Below, piece after piece: positions 45,326-54,224 of a stretch of 64,000 nucleotides of DNA; the first letter of the stretch is position 1; the number at the start of each line of letters is the position of its first letter. The stretch covers positions 15,109 through 79,108 of the forward strand of contig CAINDG010000047.1 of the NCBI GenBank assembly GCA_903847315.1. The letters are read 5' to 3'. The DNA comes from an uncultured Planctomycetota bacterium (GTDB lineage: Bacteria > Planctomycetota > Phycisphaerae > Sedimentisphaerales > UBA12454). A program made the translations under genes and the position numbers. The notes below the pieces were generated by a model. That model was not told the origin of the DNA. It saw only the letters and a list, made by a program, of their open reading frames with translations, and ran no database searches.

Positions 45326-48300
45326 TTACTGCCAGCAGTTACCAGGGTCTGACAGACCGCAAGCTATCCAGTTATCGGCTAACAACACATAGTCGAGAAA
45401 ATTTACTTTATAGTCGCCGTTTAAGTCGCCTGTCGGATGAAATCGCATCGCAAGATTGAAATTTTCGCCGACCGAGATGGCCGTAAAACTAATATTGGGT
45501 GACGGCAAAGTACATTCACCGTTCGCGTTGTTTCCCCATGCCACGATTGAGCCGTCGGATTTCAGGCCGAGCGAGTGATACTCACCGGCCGCGATGGCTA
45601 CAAAACCCGTATTGGGCGATGGCACATCGCATTGACCATGATTATTCCATCCCCAGGCCACAATCGAGCCGTCGGATTTTAGGCCAAGTGAGTGATACCA
45701 GCCTGCCGCGACGGCCGTAAAACCCGTATTGGGTGATGGTACATCGCATTCACCGTTATCATTCTGCCCCCATGCCGCAATCGAACCATCGGATTTCAGG
45801 CCAAGTGAAAAAAGCACACCGGCCGAAATGGCCACAAAATTCGCATTAGGTGGTGGCACATCACATTCATTGTCATAGTTGTATCCCCATGCCGCAATCG
45901 AGCCATTGGTTTTCAAGCCAAGCGAAAAAACCCCGCCGGCCGAAATGGCCATAAAATCCGCATTGGGCGATGGCACAGTACATTGACCAAAATTATTCTG
46001 CCCCCAGGCCGTAATCGAGCCGTTAGCTTTCAAGCCAAGCGAAAAATTAAAGCCGGCCGAAATGGCCGTAAAATCCGCATTAGGCGATGGCACAGTGCAT
46101 TGACCAAAATGATTCCGACCCCATGCTGCAATCGAACCATCGGTTTTCAGGCCAAGCGAGTGATTCCCACCGGCCGCGATGGCTGCAAAGTCATTACCTT
46201 CCGGCGGTGTTGCCTGGCCATAGTTGTTCAATCCCCAGCTGACAATATTATTGGGACTGATGTCTCTGCTTAGCCAGTTTTCGGATAAAATCGCAAGGTC
46301 GAGCAAGCCAACCTGGCAGTCACCGTCCAAATCGCCTGCCAGCGGATTAGGGCACAGATTGGGTAAAGTAAATGTATATTTAATAGTTGCGTAATCACAA
46401 TTATTTGCCGATGTTTCACTGCTGCCGGTAACATATATATCATCCTTATATACAACGATTGCACTGCCGATATCCGTTAGACCGGCCGGCCCGTCATAAT
46501 TCTTCTTCCACAGTTCGGTACCGCTGGCGTTATAACAAATGGTTAGATAATCTGTCGAATTTGCATCCTCGCTTCTGCCGTGAACATAAATTCTGCCGGT
46601 TCCGTCCGTCGCTATTGATTCAGTAAAATCGGTTGAATTACCCGGCCCGTTATATCTTTTTAACCAAACCTGCTCGCCGGTCGCCGGATCGTATTTTACT
46701 GTGACCGCATCTCCGCCGCTGGTCGTTCCTTCACTGTATCCTGTCACAATAACGCCGCCGTCCGAATTTATCGCTATCGCATAGGACTCGTCCCAGCCGG
46801 AAGTTGTGCCGCTATAAAATGATGTCCAGCTTCTGATGCCGTCCGGTGAGTATTTCATCGTTACATAATTTGAATCGGTCGCAGTCTCGGCAGAGCCCGT
46901 CACATAAATATCTCCTGCCGAATCAATCGCAATTCCCTTCAGCATATCCCAGTTATCGGCTGCGCTGTTATATGTTTGCGCCCACAGCAGAATACCGTCC
47001 GGAGAATATTTTACAACCAGGCAGTCCTGACCTGTACCTGTTTGTGCTGTTTCGCCGCAGGCATAAACATTGCCGCTGCCGTCAATCGCAAGTTTGTATA
47101 AAACATTATAGCCTTCCCCTGTACCTTTATATGTCTTTGCCCAGGCAATATCGCCGCTGGGCGTGTATTTTACTATCAGACAATTCCAATCCGTCCTGCC
47201 GACCGCATAGATATAGCCGCCTGCATCCGCCGCGACGTCATAAAATCTGTCGTCGCTTGTGCCTGAATAATTATATGGCGTTGCCCACAGTTGCGTACCG
47301 GCGGAATTGTACTTGACTACAGCTCCGTCAAATCCTGATGCCACGGTATTACTGTAACCGGCCGCAATAATATTATTTGCATCGACAGCAATCGCCATTG
47401 CATAATCGCAGCTTGCATCGCCGCTGTTATATATTTTTGTCCAGGCATTAGTGCCGTCTGGCGTGTATTTTATCGTTACGAAGTCATAATCTGTACCGCT
47501 GTTTTTGACATAACCGGTTACATAAGCATTACCGGCTGAATCGACAGCGATGTCTGTCGCATTATCTGAACCGTCGGCAGTACCGGAATACCCTCGCAGT
47601 CTGTGAACATAAGGAGAAGCAGTGTTTGCAAGACTATCGAGATAAACTTCCAGATTTGTATAGTCGGCGCTGAGATTATAACCATTGCGGTCGTCGGCAT
47701 TGTTCGGATTCAGCCCGTGTGAGATTTCCCACGCATCCGGCATTCCATCATGGTCGCTGTCAGGCGGAGCCGTTGCAGAATTGAGAATTGGCCAGCCGCC
47801 TTCAGGCTGATGGTCGGTATCAAAGATTGAGTGGCCGGTCTTATTAATCACGTCATTGACGATGCGGGTATCGATTATGTCGCGTTTGGGAAAACTTGCG
47901 CCGGCACCTGCAAGCACATCTATCTTGGCTTGGGCCGGCGAAGTTGTAGTCACCGGCTCCATCGGTATCAGGTAGGAACGAGACTTGTAAGGATCCAAGC
48001 CGGTGGTCAGCGGGTAATTGACTATGCTCCACGGATCGCTTGGTACGATACCGTCATAAGAATTGTCGACAAAGTAGCCGTAGCAGTCTTTGCTCCGCTC
48101 GCGGAATCCTTTACCGTTGTATGTGGACTCTGGGCCGGGAATATAGGCATTACCTATGAAATTATAACGGCTGATATACCCTGGGCCGTCATCATTATAC
48201 CCCGCAGTGGTTCCCTGCCAGTTGTACATCACGTTATTGCGGAAATCGAAATGCAGTCCATCGGTATCGTAGTAAGGGTCCTGATTGGAGGCTTCATTGC

Positions 48301-48949
48301 CCGGTCTTGGATTTCGGCCGCTGTTATGTGCGTACAGATTGTGATGATAGGTTACCGGATATCCGAAACAGCCGCGAACAAGCGAACCATAACTGTGGGC
48401 CTGAAAGGTGAGGCTCTCGCTTATAATGCACCATTGAACAGTAACGCCATAAGAATATGGCGAGGAAATCCCTTCGTCTCTCGCATACGACTCACTACAG
48501 TGGTCAACGATAACTTGGTAGTCCCCGCCTATATCGATACCATCGCCGTCAGCATTGGCGGCGCCTTTATCCACGCGAACGCGAAGATAACGAATGATAA
48601 CGTCTTGGACATTGTAGATTTGTATTCGTCCTTTAATGCAGATGCCGTCGCCCGGTGCGGTCTGACCGGCGATAGTCGTAAAGGATTTAGGCCGCAGGAT
48701 GACATCGCCCAGCTCAATTGTGCCGGACACCCTGAAGACAATCGTCCTGTTTTCCTGGCTCACCGCATCGACGATTGAGCCGAGGCCGCTATTATTGAGG
48801 TTGGTCACTTCGTAGACATCACCGCCGCGCCCGCCCATTGCAAAACGGCCTGAGCCCTCGGCGCCGGGAAAAGCGGGGACATCCGCAAAAACAGAACTGT
48901 AAACCGCAAACAGAAAAATAAATGCTGTTAAAAATTTTTGAAAATTCAT
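45326..48949 (-). CDS. multidomain secreted protein: PL1 pectate lyase + beta-propeller (SBBP) repeats + dockerin-like + RCC1 repeats + dockerin-like
   Basis: AFPGAEGSGRFAMGGRGGDVYEVTNL...TIAGQTAPG...DHCS...HHNLYAHNSGRNPR (PL1). Repeated IAVDSAGNAYVTG-type blades. GDLDGDCQVGLLDLAILSENWL. Seven or more AWG.N..GQC.VP RCC1-like repeats. The ATG at 48949 has an AGGAGA RBS. Confidence 0.8.
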   Translation of the reverse strand: MNFQKFLTAFIFLFAVYSSVFADVPAFPGAEGSGRFAMGGRGGDVYEVTNLNNSGLGSIVDAVSQENRTIVFRVSGTIELGDVILRPKSFTTIAGQTAPGDGICIKGRIQIYNVQDVIIRYLRVRVDKGAANADGDGIDIGGDYQVIVDHCSESYARDEGISSPYSYGVTVQWCIISESLTFQAHSYGSLVRGCFGYPVTYHHNLYAHNSGRNPRPGNEASNQDPYYDTDGLHFDFRNNVMYNWQGTTAGYNDDGPGYISRYNFIGNAYIPGPESTYNGKGFRERSKDCYGYFVDNSYDGIVPSDPWSIVNYPLTTGLDPYKSRSYLIPMEPVTTTSPAQAKIDVLAGAGASFPKRDIIDTRIVNDVINKTGHSIFDTDHQPEGGWPILNSATAPPDSDHDGMPDAWEISHGLNPNNADDRNGYNLSADYTNLEVYLDSLANTASPYVHRLRGYSGTADGSDNATDIAVDSAGNAYVTGYVKNSGTDYDFVTIKYTPDGTNAWTKIYNSGDASCDYAMAIAVDANNIIAAGYSNTVASGFDGAVVKYNSAGTQLWATPYNYSGTSDDRFYDVAADAGGYIYAVGRTDWNCLIVKYTPSGDIAWAKTYKGTGEGYNVLYKLAIDGSGNVYACGETAQTGTGQDCLVVKYSPDGILLWAQTYNSAADNWDMLKGIAIDSAGDIYVTGSAETATDSNYVTMKYSPDGIRSWTSFYSGTTSGWDESYAIAINSDGGVIVTGYSEGTTSGGDAVTVKYDPATGEQVWLKRYNGPGNSTDFTESIATDGTGRIYVHGRSEDANSTDYLTICYNASGTELWKKNYDGPAGLTDIGSAIVVYKDDIYVTGSSETSANNCDYATIKYTFTLPNLCPNPLAGDLDGDCQVGLLDLAILSENWLSRDISPNNIVSWGLNNYGQATPPEGNDFAAIAAGGNHSLGLKTDGSIAAWGRNHFGQCTVPSPNADFTAISAGFNFSLGLKANGSITAWGQNNFGQCTVPSPNADFMAISAGGVFSLGLKTNGSIAAWGYNYDNECDVPPPNANFVAISAGVLFSLGLKSDGSIAAWGQNDNGECDVPSPNTGFTAVAAGWYHSLGLKSDGSIVAWGWNNHGQCDVPSPNTGFVAIAAGEYHSLGLKSDGSIVAWGNNANGECTLPSPNISFTAISVGENFNLAMRFHPTGDLNGDYKVNFLDYVLLADNWIACGLSDPGNCWQ

Positions 48950-48981
48950 GTTCCTGCTCTCCTGAAAAACTGAAAATATTT

Positions 48982-49058
48982 GATATAAATGCATTTTAGT
49001 TCGGTATTATACCATAAAATATCCCAAAAATCAAGCTTAAACTGGTTAAAAAACGGTT
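48982..49058 (-). promoter_or_regulatory. promoter cassette copy B (drives the giant lyase gene)
   Basis: On the minus strand, TTGATT (49034-49029), 17 nt spacer, TGG-TATAAT (49011-49006). Confidence 0.6.
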
Positions 49059-49194
49059 TTTAACCGCTCCAGAGGACATAAATCGGTTATTTTTAAGGAA
49101 TATTTCATCGGATGGACTTGTTCAAAAGGCTGTTTTGCGGTATTATATCTATTGATAGTAGTGAAAATCTTCAATGATTGCTCCTGATGTGGTG

Positions 49195-49226
49195 GATTTA
49201 AAATTTTTTTGTCCGGCGGGTTGGGC
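49195..49226 (+). repeat. duplicate of the rnpB leader and P1 5' arm
   Basis: aaaatttttttgtccggcgggttgggc (49200-49226) is 27/27 identical to 53766-53792. The preceding gattta is also shared. Confidence 0.9.
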
Positions 49227-49288
49227 AGAGCCGATGCCAAAATCATCCGCCACCGGCAACTTTGATTCCCCCCTATGAAATATGCAAG

Positions 49289-51262
49289 TTAAGCAGAATT
49301 GACTGATTCGACTAAAACCTGATTTTCTGACGGCAGGTATTTGCTTAGTGTTTCTATCAGTTTTGAAATTACAACTGGTTTGGATAAGTAAACATCACAA
49401 CCGGCTTCGATACACTTTTCTTCATCGCCTTCCATAGTTCCTGCCGTTAAGGCCACTATTGGTATTTTAATCCCTTTGTCTCGAAGCGTCCTTGTGGCTT
49501 CATACCCATTTAGTTCCGGCATTTGTATGTCCATGAAAATAAGGTCAAATTTCTGACCAAGAGCTTTATCAACCGCTTCGGCCCCGTTCTCTGCGATTGT
49601 TACTTTCAAACCCATCTTTTCCAGCAAAAATTTCATAAGCATTTGATTTGTCTTGACGTCCTCAGCTACCAGAATACATCCGGAAAACCTGTCTTGTTTA
49701 ACTTTACTTGCATCATCGATTATTTTGTGCCGGTTCAGGAGGGGTTGTGCTGCTAGGTCAACGCCAGCTGGTATTATAAACGAAAATACCGAACCCTTCC
49801 CTTTTTCACTGGTTAAGGTAAGTTCTCCGCCAAGAAGCCCTGCAAACTTCCTGGCAATAGCCAGCCCCAGTCCTGTTCCGCCATATTTGCGTGAAGTACC
49901 CTCATCTTCCTGAACAAAGGGTTCGAATATCTTTTGCTGAGACTCAGTCGCAATTCCAATTCCTGTGTCTTCAACTTCAAAACGAATACATGGCTTGCTG
50001 TCTTTATCTTCCAAAGAAATATTCACATAAATATGCCCTTGCTCAGTAAATTTTATAGCGTTATTCACAAGGTTGATTAAACACTGCTGCAAACGAACGG
50101 TATCGGTAACAATATTAGCTGGCAGGTCGCCTTTTTCGCGAATCTCGAACGTCAGCCCTTTTCCCGCTGCAAACGGCTGCGTCATAGATTCTATATTAGC
50201 TATAAGCTGCCCAAGCGAGCATTGCTTCATCTCAATATTCATTTTGCCGGCTTCAATACTGGAGATGTTCAGAATATCATTAACCAAACCCAAAAGATGC
50301 CCGCCGCTGTTGTAAATCATCCTGAGGTGTTCTTTATGTTCTTCGGCAAGTTCTTCCTCCATCAAAATTTTGCTGAATCCAATAATCGCATTCAAAGGTG
50401 TGCGCATTTCGTGGCTCATATTGGCAAGAAAGTGGCTCTTGGCCTCATTCGCGGCTTCGGCCTGCATTTTGGCCTGTTTTAGCGCCTCATCAGACTTCTT
50501 GCGGTCGGTGATATCGCGGAATATCCCCATCAGATATTCGGTCTGATCGATCATTACCGTACCTGCGTTTATGCTCACGGATATTATCTGGCCGTCCTTC
50601 CTTACGCACGGCAGGTCTGCGGTTATCTTGGCCCCGGAGATCTGGGCCTCGAACTCGGTGGACACCTGCTCAAGCGACTCTTTCGGGTGGATGTCAGCCA
50701 CGCCCATCCGCATAAGTTCCTCCTCGCTGTAGCCCAGCATCCTGCAAATAGCCGGGTTGGCGTACCTGAACTTCTTTGTCGTGACATCGACTATGAGTAT
50801 CCCGTCAATGTTCGCCTTAAACAGATTCTTGTATCGCTCCTCGCTTTCCCGCAGCGACTTATCCATCTGCTTGCGCTCGGAGGCAATCCTCGCCTCTTCT
50901 AGCGCACGTCGGATGGCCGGGACCAATCTGACAAGCCGGTCCTTCATGATATAGTCGACCGCGCCTAACTTCATTGTATCGACGGCTATGTCCTCACCGA
51001 TTGTGCCAGAGACGACGATAAGAGGTGTTTCAGGATAGCTTTTCTTTAAGATCTCCAGTGCCTCCGGAGCGCTGAACCTCGGCAACTTGTAGTCGCAGAG
51101 CACGATGTCAGGGACGAACTCCTGAAGAGCTTTGAGAAACTCATCCTTAGACTGCACCAACTTTAATATATGGGCGAGGTCTCTTTTGACGAGATCTCTC
51201 GCAACAAGCTCCGCGTCGGCGGCGGAGTCTTCAACGAGCAGTACGCGTATCTCTTTATCCAT
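49289..51262 (-). CDS. hybrid sensor histidine kinase/response regulator (REC-PAS-HisKA-HATPase-REC)
   Basis: VLLVEDSAADAEL...CDYKLP (REC), H-box MSHEMRTPLNAIIGF, G-box GTGLGLAI, C-terminal REC ILVAEDVKTNQ...MDIQMPELNG. Confidence 0.9.
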   Translation of the reverse strand: MDKEIRVLLVEDSAADAELVARDLVKRDLAHILKLVQSKDEFLKALQEFVPDIVLCDYKLPRFSAPEALEILKKSYPETPLIVVSGTIGEDIAVDTMKLGAVDYIMKDRLVRLVPAIRRALEEARIASERKQMDKSLRESEERYKNLFKANIDGILIVDVTTKKFRYANPAICRMLGYSEEELMRMGVADIHPKESLEQVSTEFEAQISGAKITADLPCVRKDGQIISVSINAGTVMIDQTEYLMGIFRDITDRKKSDEALKQAKMQAEAANEAKSHFLANMSHEMRTPLNAIIGFSKILMEEELAEEHKEHLRMIYNSGGHLLGLVNDILNISSIEAGKMNIEMKQCSLGQLIANIESMTQPFAAGKGLTFEIREKGDLPANIVTDTVRLQQCLINLVNNAIKFTEQGHIYVNISLEDKDSKPCIRFEVEDTGIGIATESQQKIFEPFVQEDEGTSRKYGGTGLGLAIARKFAGLLGGELTLTSEKGKGSVFSFIIPAGVDLAAQPLLNRHKIIDDASKVKQDRFSGCILVAEDVKTNQMLMKFLLEKMGLKVTIAENGAEAVDKALGQKFDLIFMDIQMPELNGYEATRTLRDKGIKIPIVALTAGTMEGDEEKCIEAGCDVYLSKPVVISKLIETLSKYLPSENQVLVESVNSA

Positions 51263-51275
51263 AAAATACCTCTCT

Positions 51276-51731
51276 TTAAACTACAGGCGACTTATTGATC
51301 AAAAGCCAGTACAAGCCAACATCTGCCACGACCTTTGTAAACTTGTCAAATTCTACAGGCTTTACTATATAGCTGTTCACCCCGAGCGCATAACTTTCCG
51401 TCACATCCTTCTCTTCTTCCGATGAGGTCAATACGACTATGGGGATGGACTTGGTATTCTTGTCGGATTTTAGCTTCCGGATCACTTCAATTCCGTTCAC
51501 CTTCGGCATTTTCAGGTCGAGCAATATAATCTTCGGTTGATTGTTCGAATTCCTTCCCGCATAAGCACCGGTATGAAATATAAAATCGAGCGCCCCAGCG
51601 CCGTCAGTGACTACAAGTATCTTACTGGCGATATTATTCTTCTTAAGAGCCCTTAGCGTAAGTTCGGCGTCACTCGGATTATCCTCGACTAAAAGTATAT
51701 CTACTTGATCATTTTGATCATTGTTATTCAT
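51276..51731 (-). CDS. single-domain response regulator (REC only)
   Basis: [13 protein letters not shown]...[10 protein letters not shown]...LTSS. The ATG at 51731 overlaps the upstream kinase stop by 8 nt. Confidence 0.85.
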   Translation of the reverse strand: MNNNDQNDQVDILLVEDNPSDAELTLRALKKNNIASKILVVTDGAGALDFIFHTGAYAGRNSNNQPKIILLDLKMPKVNGIEVIRKLKSDKNTKSIPIVVLTSSEEEKDVTESYALGVNSYIVKPVEFDKFTKVVADVGLYWLLINKSPVV

Positions 51732-53385
51732 CTTGCCCGCCTTTTGGCAGCGTAAAATAGAACGTTGCCCCTTTATCAACCTCTCCCTCTGCCCACACCG
51801 TGCCTCCGTGGCGCCGAACAGCGTTACTGACTATCGCAAGACCTATCCCGGTGCCGCTAAACTCGTCTTGCGCGTGAAGCCGCTGGAATACCCCGAAGAG
51901 CTTATCCACGTATTTCATGTCGAATCCCGCACCGTTATCTTTGATGTAATAGATGCGATCCTGGCCCTTGTCATATCCCCCAATCTCTATAAGAGCTTTG
52001 TCTTTGCGGGAGGTAAATTTCATGGCATTTGAAATAAGATTTGTAAATATCTGCTTGGCAAGCGTAAGGTCGGCCCGTGCGGGTGGCAGTGGTTTTACGG
52101 ACACTTCTATAGCCCTGTCACGAAAGAGCTCTTCTTTTAACTCATGACATACGGACTGCACGAGCGCCGTCATGTCTATATCGACGACGTCCATCGCCTG
52201 TCTTCCCAGGTGAGATAACTCGAGAAGATCGTCAATGAGTTGTCCCATAGTTCTCGCGTTGTCGTTTATAACGCCGATCAGCCTTCTGCCATTATCGTCG
52301 AGTTTGGGAGCATAGTCTTCGGAGAGAATATTCGAGAACCCCGCCATCGCCCTGAGAGGGGCCTTCAAATCGTGCGAGACTGAGTAGCTAAAGGCCCCCA
52401 GTTCCTTGACAGCTGTCGAGAGCTCCGCATTCAGTTTTTCTATCTTCTCCTCCGCTCGTTTGCGCTCGGTGATATCTTCAATAGCCAGAAGGATAATCCG
52501 TTCCTTGCCCCATACTCTTTGAATCTGCCGGGCATTCAGGAGCATTATTTTTTTGCCGATAGTAGGAAAATTATGTTCAACCTCATAGTTATCAAAAGTT
52601 GTTTTTTGGGGAAGGATGGTTTCCAGCAGTTCACGCAGCTTGGGGATATCCCACTGTTTATTGCCCAGGTCATAAATAAGCTGTCCCACGGTCTCTTCAG
52701 GTTTTACCTTGAAGAATTCATAGAAGGAACGGCTGACCGTGACCACTCTGAGATCTTGATCCAAAGAAATTAAGGGTTCACGTACGGTGTTGATGACGCT
52801 CTCAGCGAATTCACGGGCTTCATCTGCGGATTGTTTAATAACCACCAGTTCTTTTCGGGTCTTTTCCAGGCCGGCTTCTATCTCCTTGCGCTCGGTAATA
52901 TCTTCAATAGCAAGAAGGATCATCTGCGTCTTATTAGTCTCTCTATAAATGCGTCGGGCATTTAAAAGCATTGTTTTCTGTCCAATGGTCTCAAAGTTAT
53001 GCTCAATCTCGTAGTTCTCAAAGACACTGCTCTTGGGAAGGATCTCATCCAGGAGTTTTCGCAGTTTGGGAATATCCCATTGTCGGTTGCCCAAATCATA
53101 AATGAACTGGCCTTTGGTTTCCTTAGGGTTAACTTTAAAGGTCTGATAGAAAGATTTGTTGGCTGAGACTACCTTTAGGTCATCACCCAGCACTATCAAA
53201 GGCTCCCGCACTGTCTCTATGATGCTTTCAGCGTATGCACGAGCTTCCCCCTCCCCCCAGACAATTTGTTCAACACTCTTGCTCTCAGTATCCACTATCT
53301 CAAGTTCCGCTATACGCTTTTGCAGGAGTCTTACCTCTTCAATAAATTCTTCTTTAGTTTTGTCTTTCTGTGTCATGGTTTTCAT
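51724..53385 (-). CDS. PAS-PAS sensor histidine kinase
   Basis: Two ~120-aa tandem PAS modules ([12 protein letters not shown]... and [12 protein letters not shown]...). H-box [12 protein letters not shown]-box GTGIGLAI. The start is uncertain (TTG 53391, ATG 53385 or 53376). Confidence 0.85.
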   Translation of the reverse strand: MKTMTQKDKTKEEFIEEVRLLQKRIAELEIVDTESKSVEQIVWGEGEARAYAESIIETVREPLIVLGDDLKVVSANKSFYQTFKVNPKETKGQFIYDLGNRQWDIPKLRKLLDEILPKSSVFENYEIEHNFETIGQKTMLLNARRIYRETNKTQMILLAIEDITERKEIEAGLEKTRKELVVIKQSADEAREFAESVINTVREPLISLDQDLRVVTVSRSFYEFFKVKPEETVGQLIYDLGNKQWDIPKLRELLETILPQKTTFDNYEVEHNFPTIGKKIMLLNARQIQRVWGKERIILLAIEDITERKRAEEKIEKLNAELSTAVKELGAFSYSVSHDLKAPLRAMAGFSNILSEDYAPKLDDNGRRLIGVINDNARTMGQLIDDLLELSHLGRQAMDVVDIDMTALVQSVCHELKEELFRDRAIEVSVKPLPPARADLTLAKQIFTNLISNAMKFTSRKDKALIEIGGYDKGQDRIYYIKDNGAGFDMKYVDKLFGVFQRLHAQDEFSGTGIGLAIVSNAVRRHGGTVWAEGEVDKGATFYFTLPKGGQDE

Positions 53386-53705
53386 CCACAATGCTTTGGC
53401 AATGCTGCTCGACTTGACGTCGTAATATTCTCGTGTCTTTTTCCTCTTAAAGACAAAGAAGCTGAAATCTTACTAATGGATTTATCGACTTTAATAAATT
53501 ACGAAAGAAATCAAATAAATCTAAAGCCTGCGGATATTCCCTATAACGCTCTTGGAATACTATAAGCGCTTATTTGGGCGTGACTTACCCCTGCCAAATT
53601 TTTAAATAATTACCTGTCCTCAGGTATGCAATCGCTTATCGGACGAAATAACAGTTTATCAGGAATAAATTTTAAACCGCTAATAACATCTCTTTGGTGC
53701 CGAAC

Positions 53706-53735
53706 TTGCATAAAATATTGTTTTTATGGTATAAT
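53706..53735 (+). promoter_or_regulatory. rnpB promoter
   Basis: TTGCAT, 18 nt spacer, TGG-TATAAT, about 42 nt upstream of the P1 helix. Confidence 0.55.
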
Positions 53736-53776
53736 AACTGCCCTAAAACAGCTGATTTAAAAGTTAAAATTTTTTT

Positions 53777-54218
53777 GTCCGGCGGGTTGGGCGACCGCCC
53801 TCACACCTATTGTACTGTGCCAAAGTCAGGAAACAACTGGCTCAATAGATGTTTCACAAAAGATTTTGGTTTGTGATAACACAGAACAATAGGTGTGGGG
53901 GAGGAAAGTCCGGGCAGGACAGGGCGCGGTGATGGCTAACGGCCATCCGAGGAAACTCGCGGGAAAGTGCCACAGAAAATATACCGCCTTTCTGAAATTC
54001 GAGATTGGTAAGGGTGAAATGGTGCGGTAAGAGCGCACCGCGGTTCTGGTGACAGAACCGGCACGGCAAACCCCACCGCCTGCAAGACCAAGTATGCCGG
54101 TATACCTGGACCCGGGTAGTACACCGGCGGGTAGGTTGCTTGAGTCTGTCGGCAACGGCAGACCTTAGAGAAATGGTCGCACAAAAACAGAACCCGGCTT
54201 ATAGACCCACCGGACAAA
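53777..54218 (+). ncRNA. rnpB: RNase P RNA, bacterial type A
   Basis: GAGGAAAGTCCGGGC (P4), GGTAAGGGTGAAATGGTGCGGTAAGAGCGCACC, GGGTAGGTTGCTTGAG, ACAGAACCCGGCTTA. P1 pairs gtccggcgggt with acccaccggac, and P2 pairs gcgacc with ggtcgc. Confidence 0.95.
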
Positions 54219-54224
54219 AAAATT

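Noticed and set aside
45480-46250. Periodic ~150-nt DNA repeats that might look like a CRISPR or tandem-repeat array. A similar periodicity appears in 34.4-38.3 kb.
   Set aside because: They are in-frame coding repeats (RCC1 blades and coiled-coil modules) with no spacer/repeat architecture. No CRISPR array is present in the window.
47831-48778. Long antisense ORFs. These are 47831-48778 (+, 315 aa), 25803-26423 (-, 206 aa), 58442-59317 (-, 291 aa), 1049-1645 (+, 198 aa), 13375-13893 (+) and 14868-15368 (+).
   Set aside because: Each lies entirely inside, and antisense to, a gene with strong motif support (pectate lyase, HAF repeat, trxB, portal, hemerythrin, FHA). The translations are low-complexity with no motifs, RBS or promoter. 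They are typical shadow ORFs.
49289-53391. Three-gene kinase / REC-only / REC-containing cluster as a Detocs-like defensive two-component system.
   Set aside because: The third protein is an ordinary hybrid kinase (REC-PAS-HisKA-HATPase-REC) with no nucleosidase or other effector domain. The first kinase has PAS sensors, not the TPR-type sensor. It looks like a standard phosphorelay.
53392-53776. Search for tRNA, tmRNA or 6S genes in the larger intergenic gaps (3870-4105, 14044-14536, 25337-25772, 38280-39066, 53392-53776).
   Set aside because: No GGTTCGA-type T-arm, acceptor-stem pairing or other diagnostic motifs were seen by eye. A tRNAscan/Infernal run would be needed to be certain.
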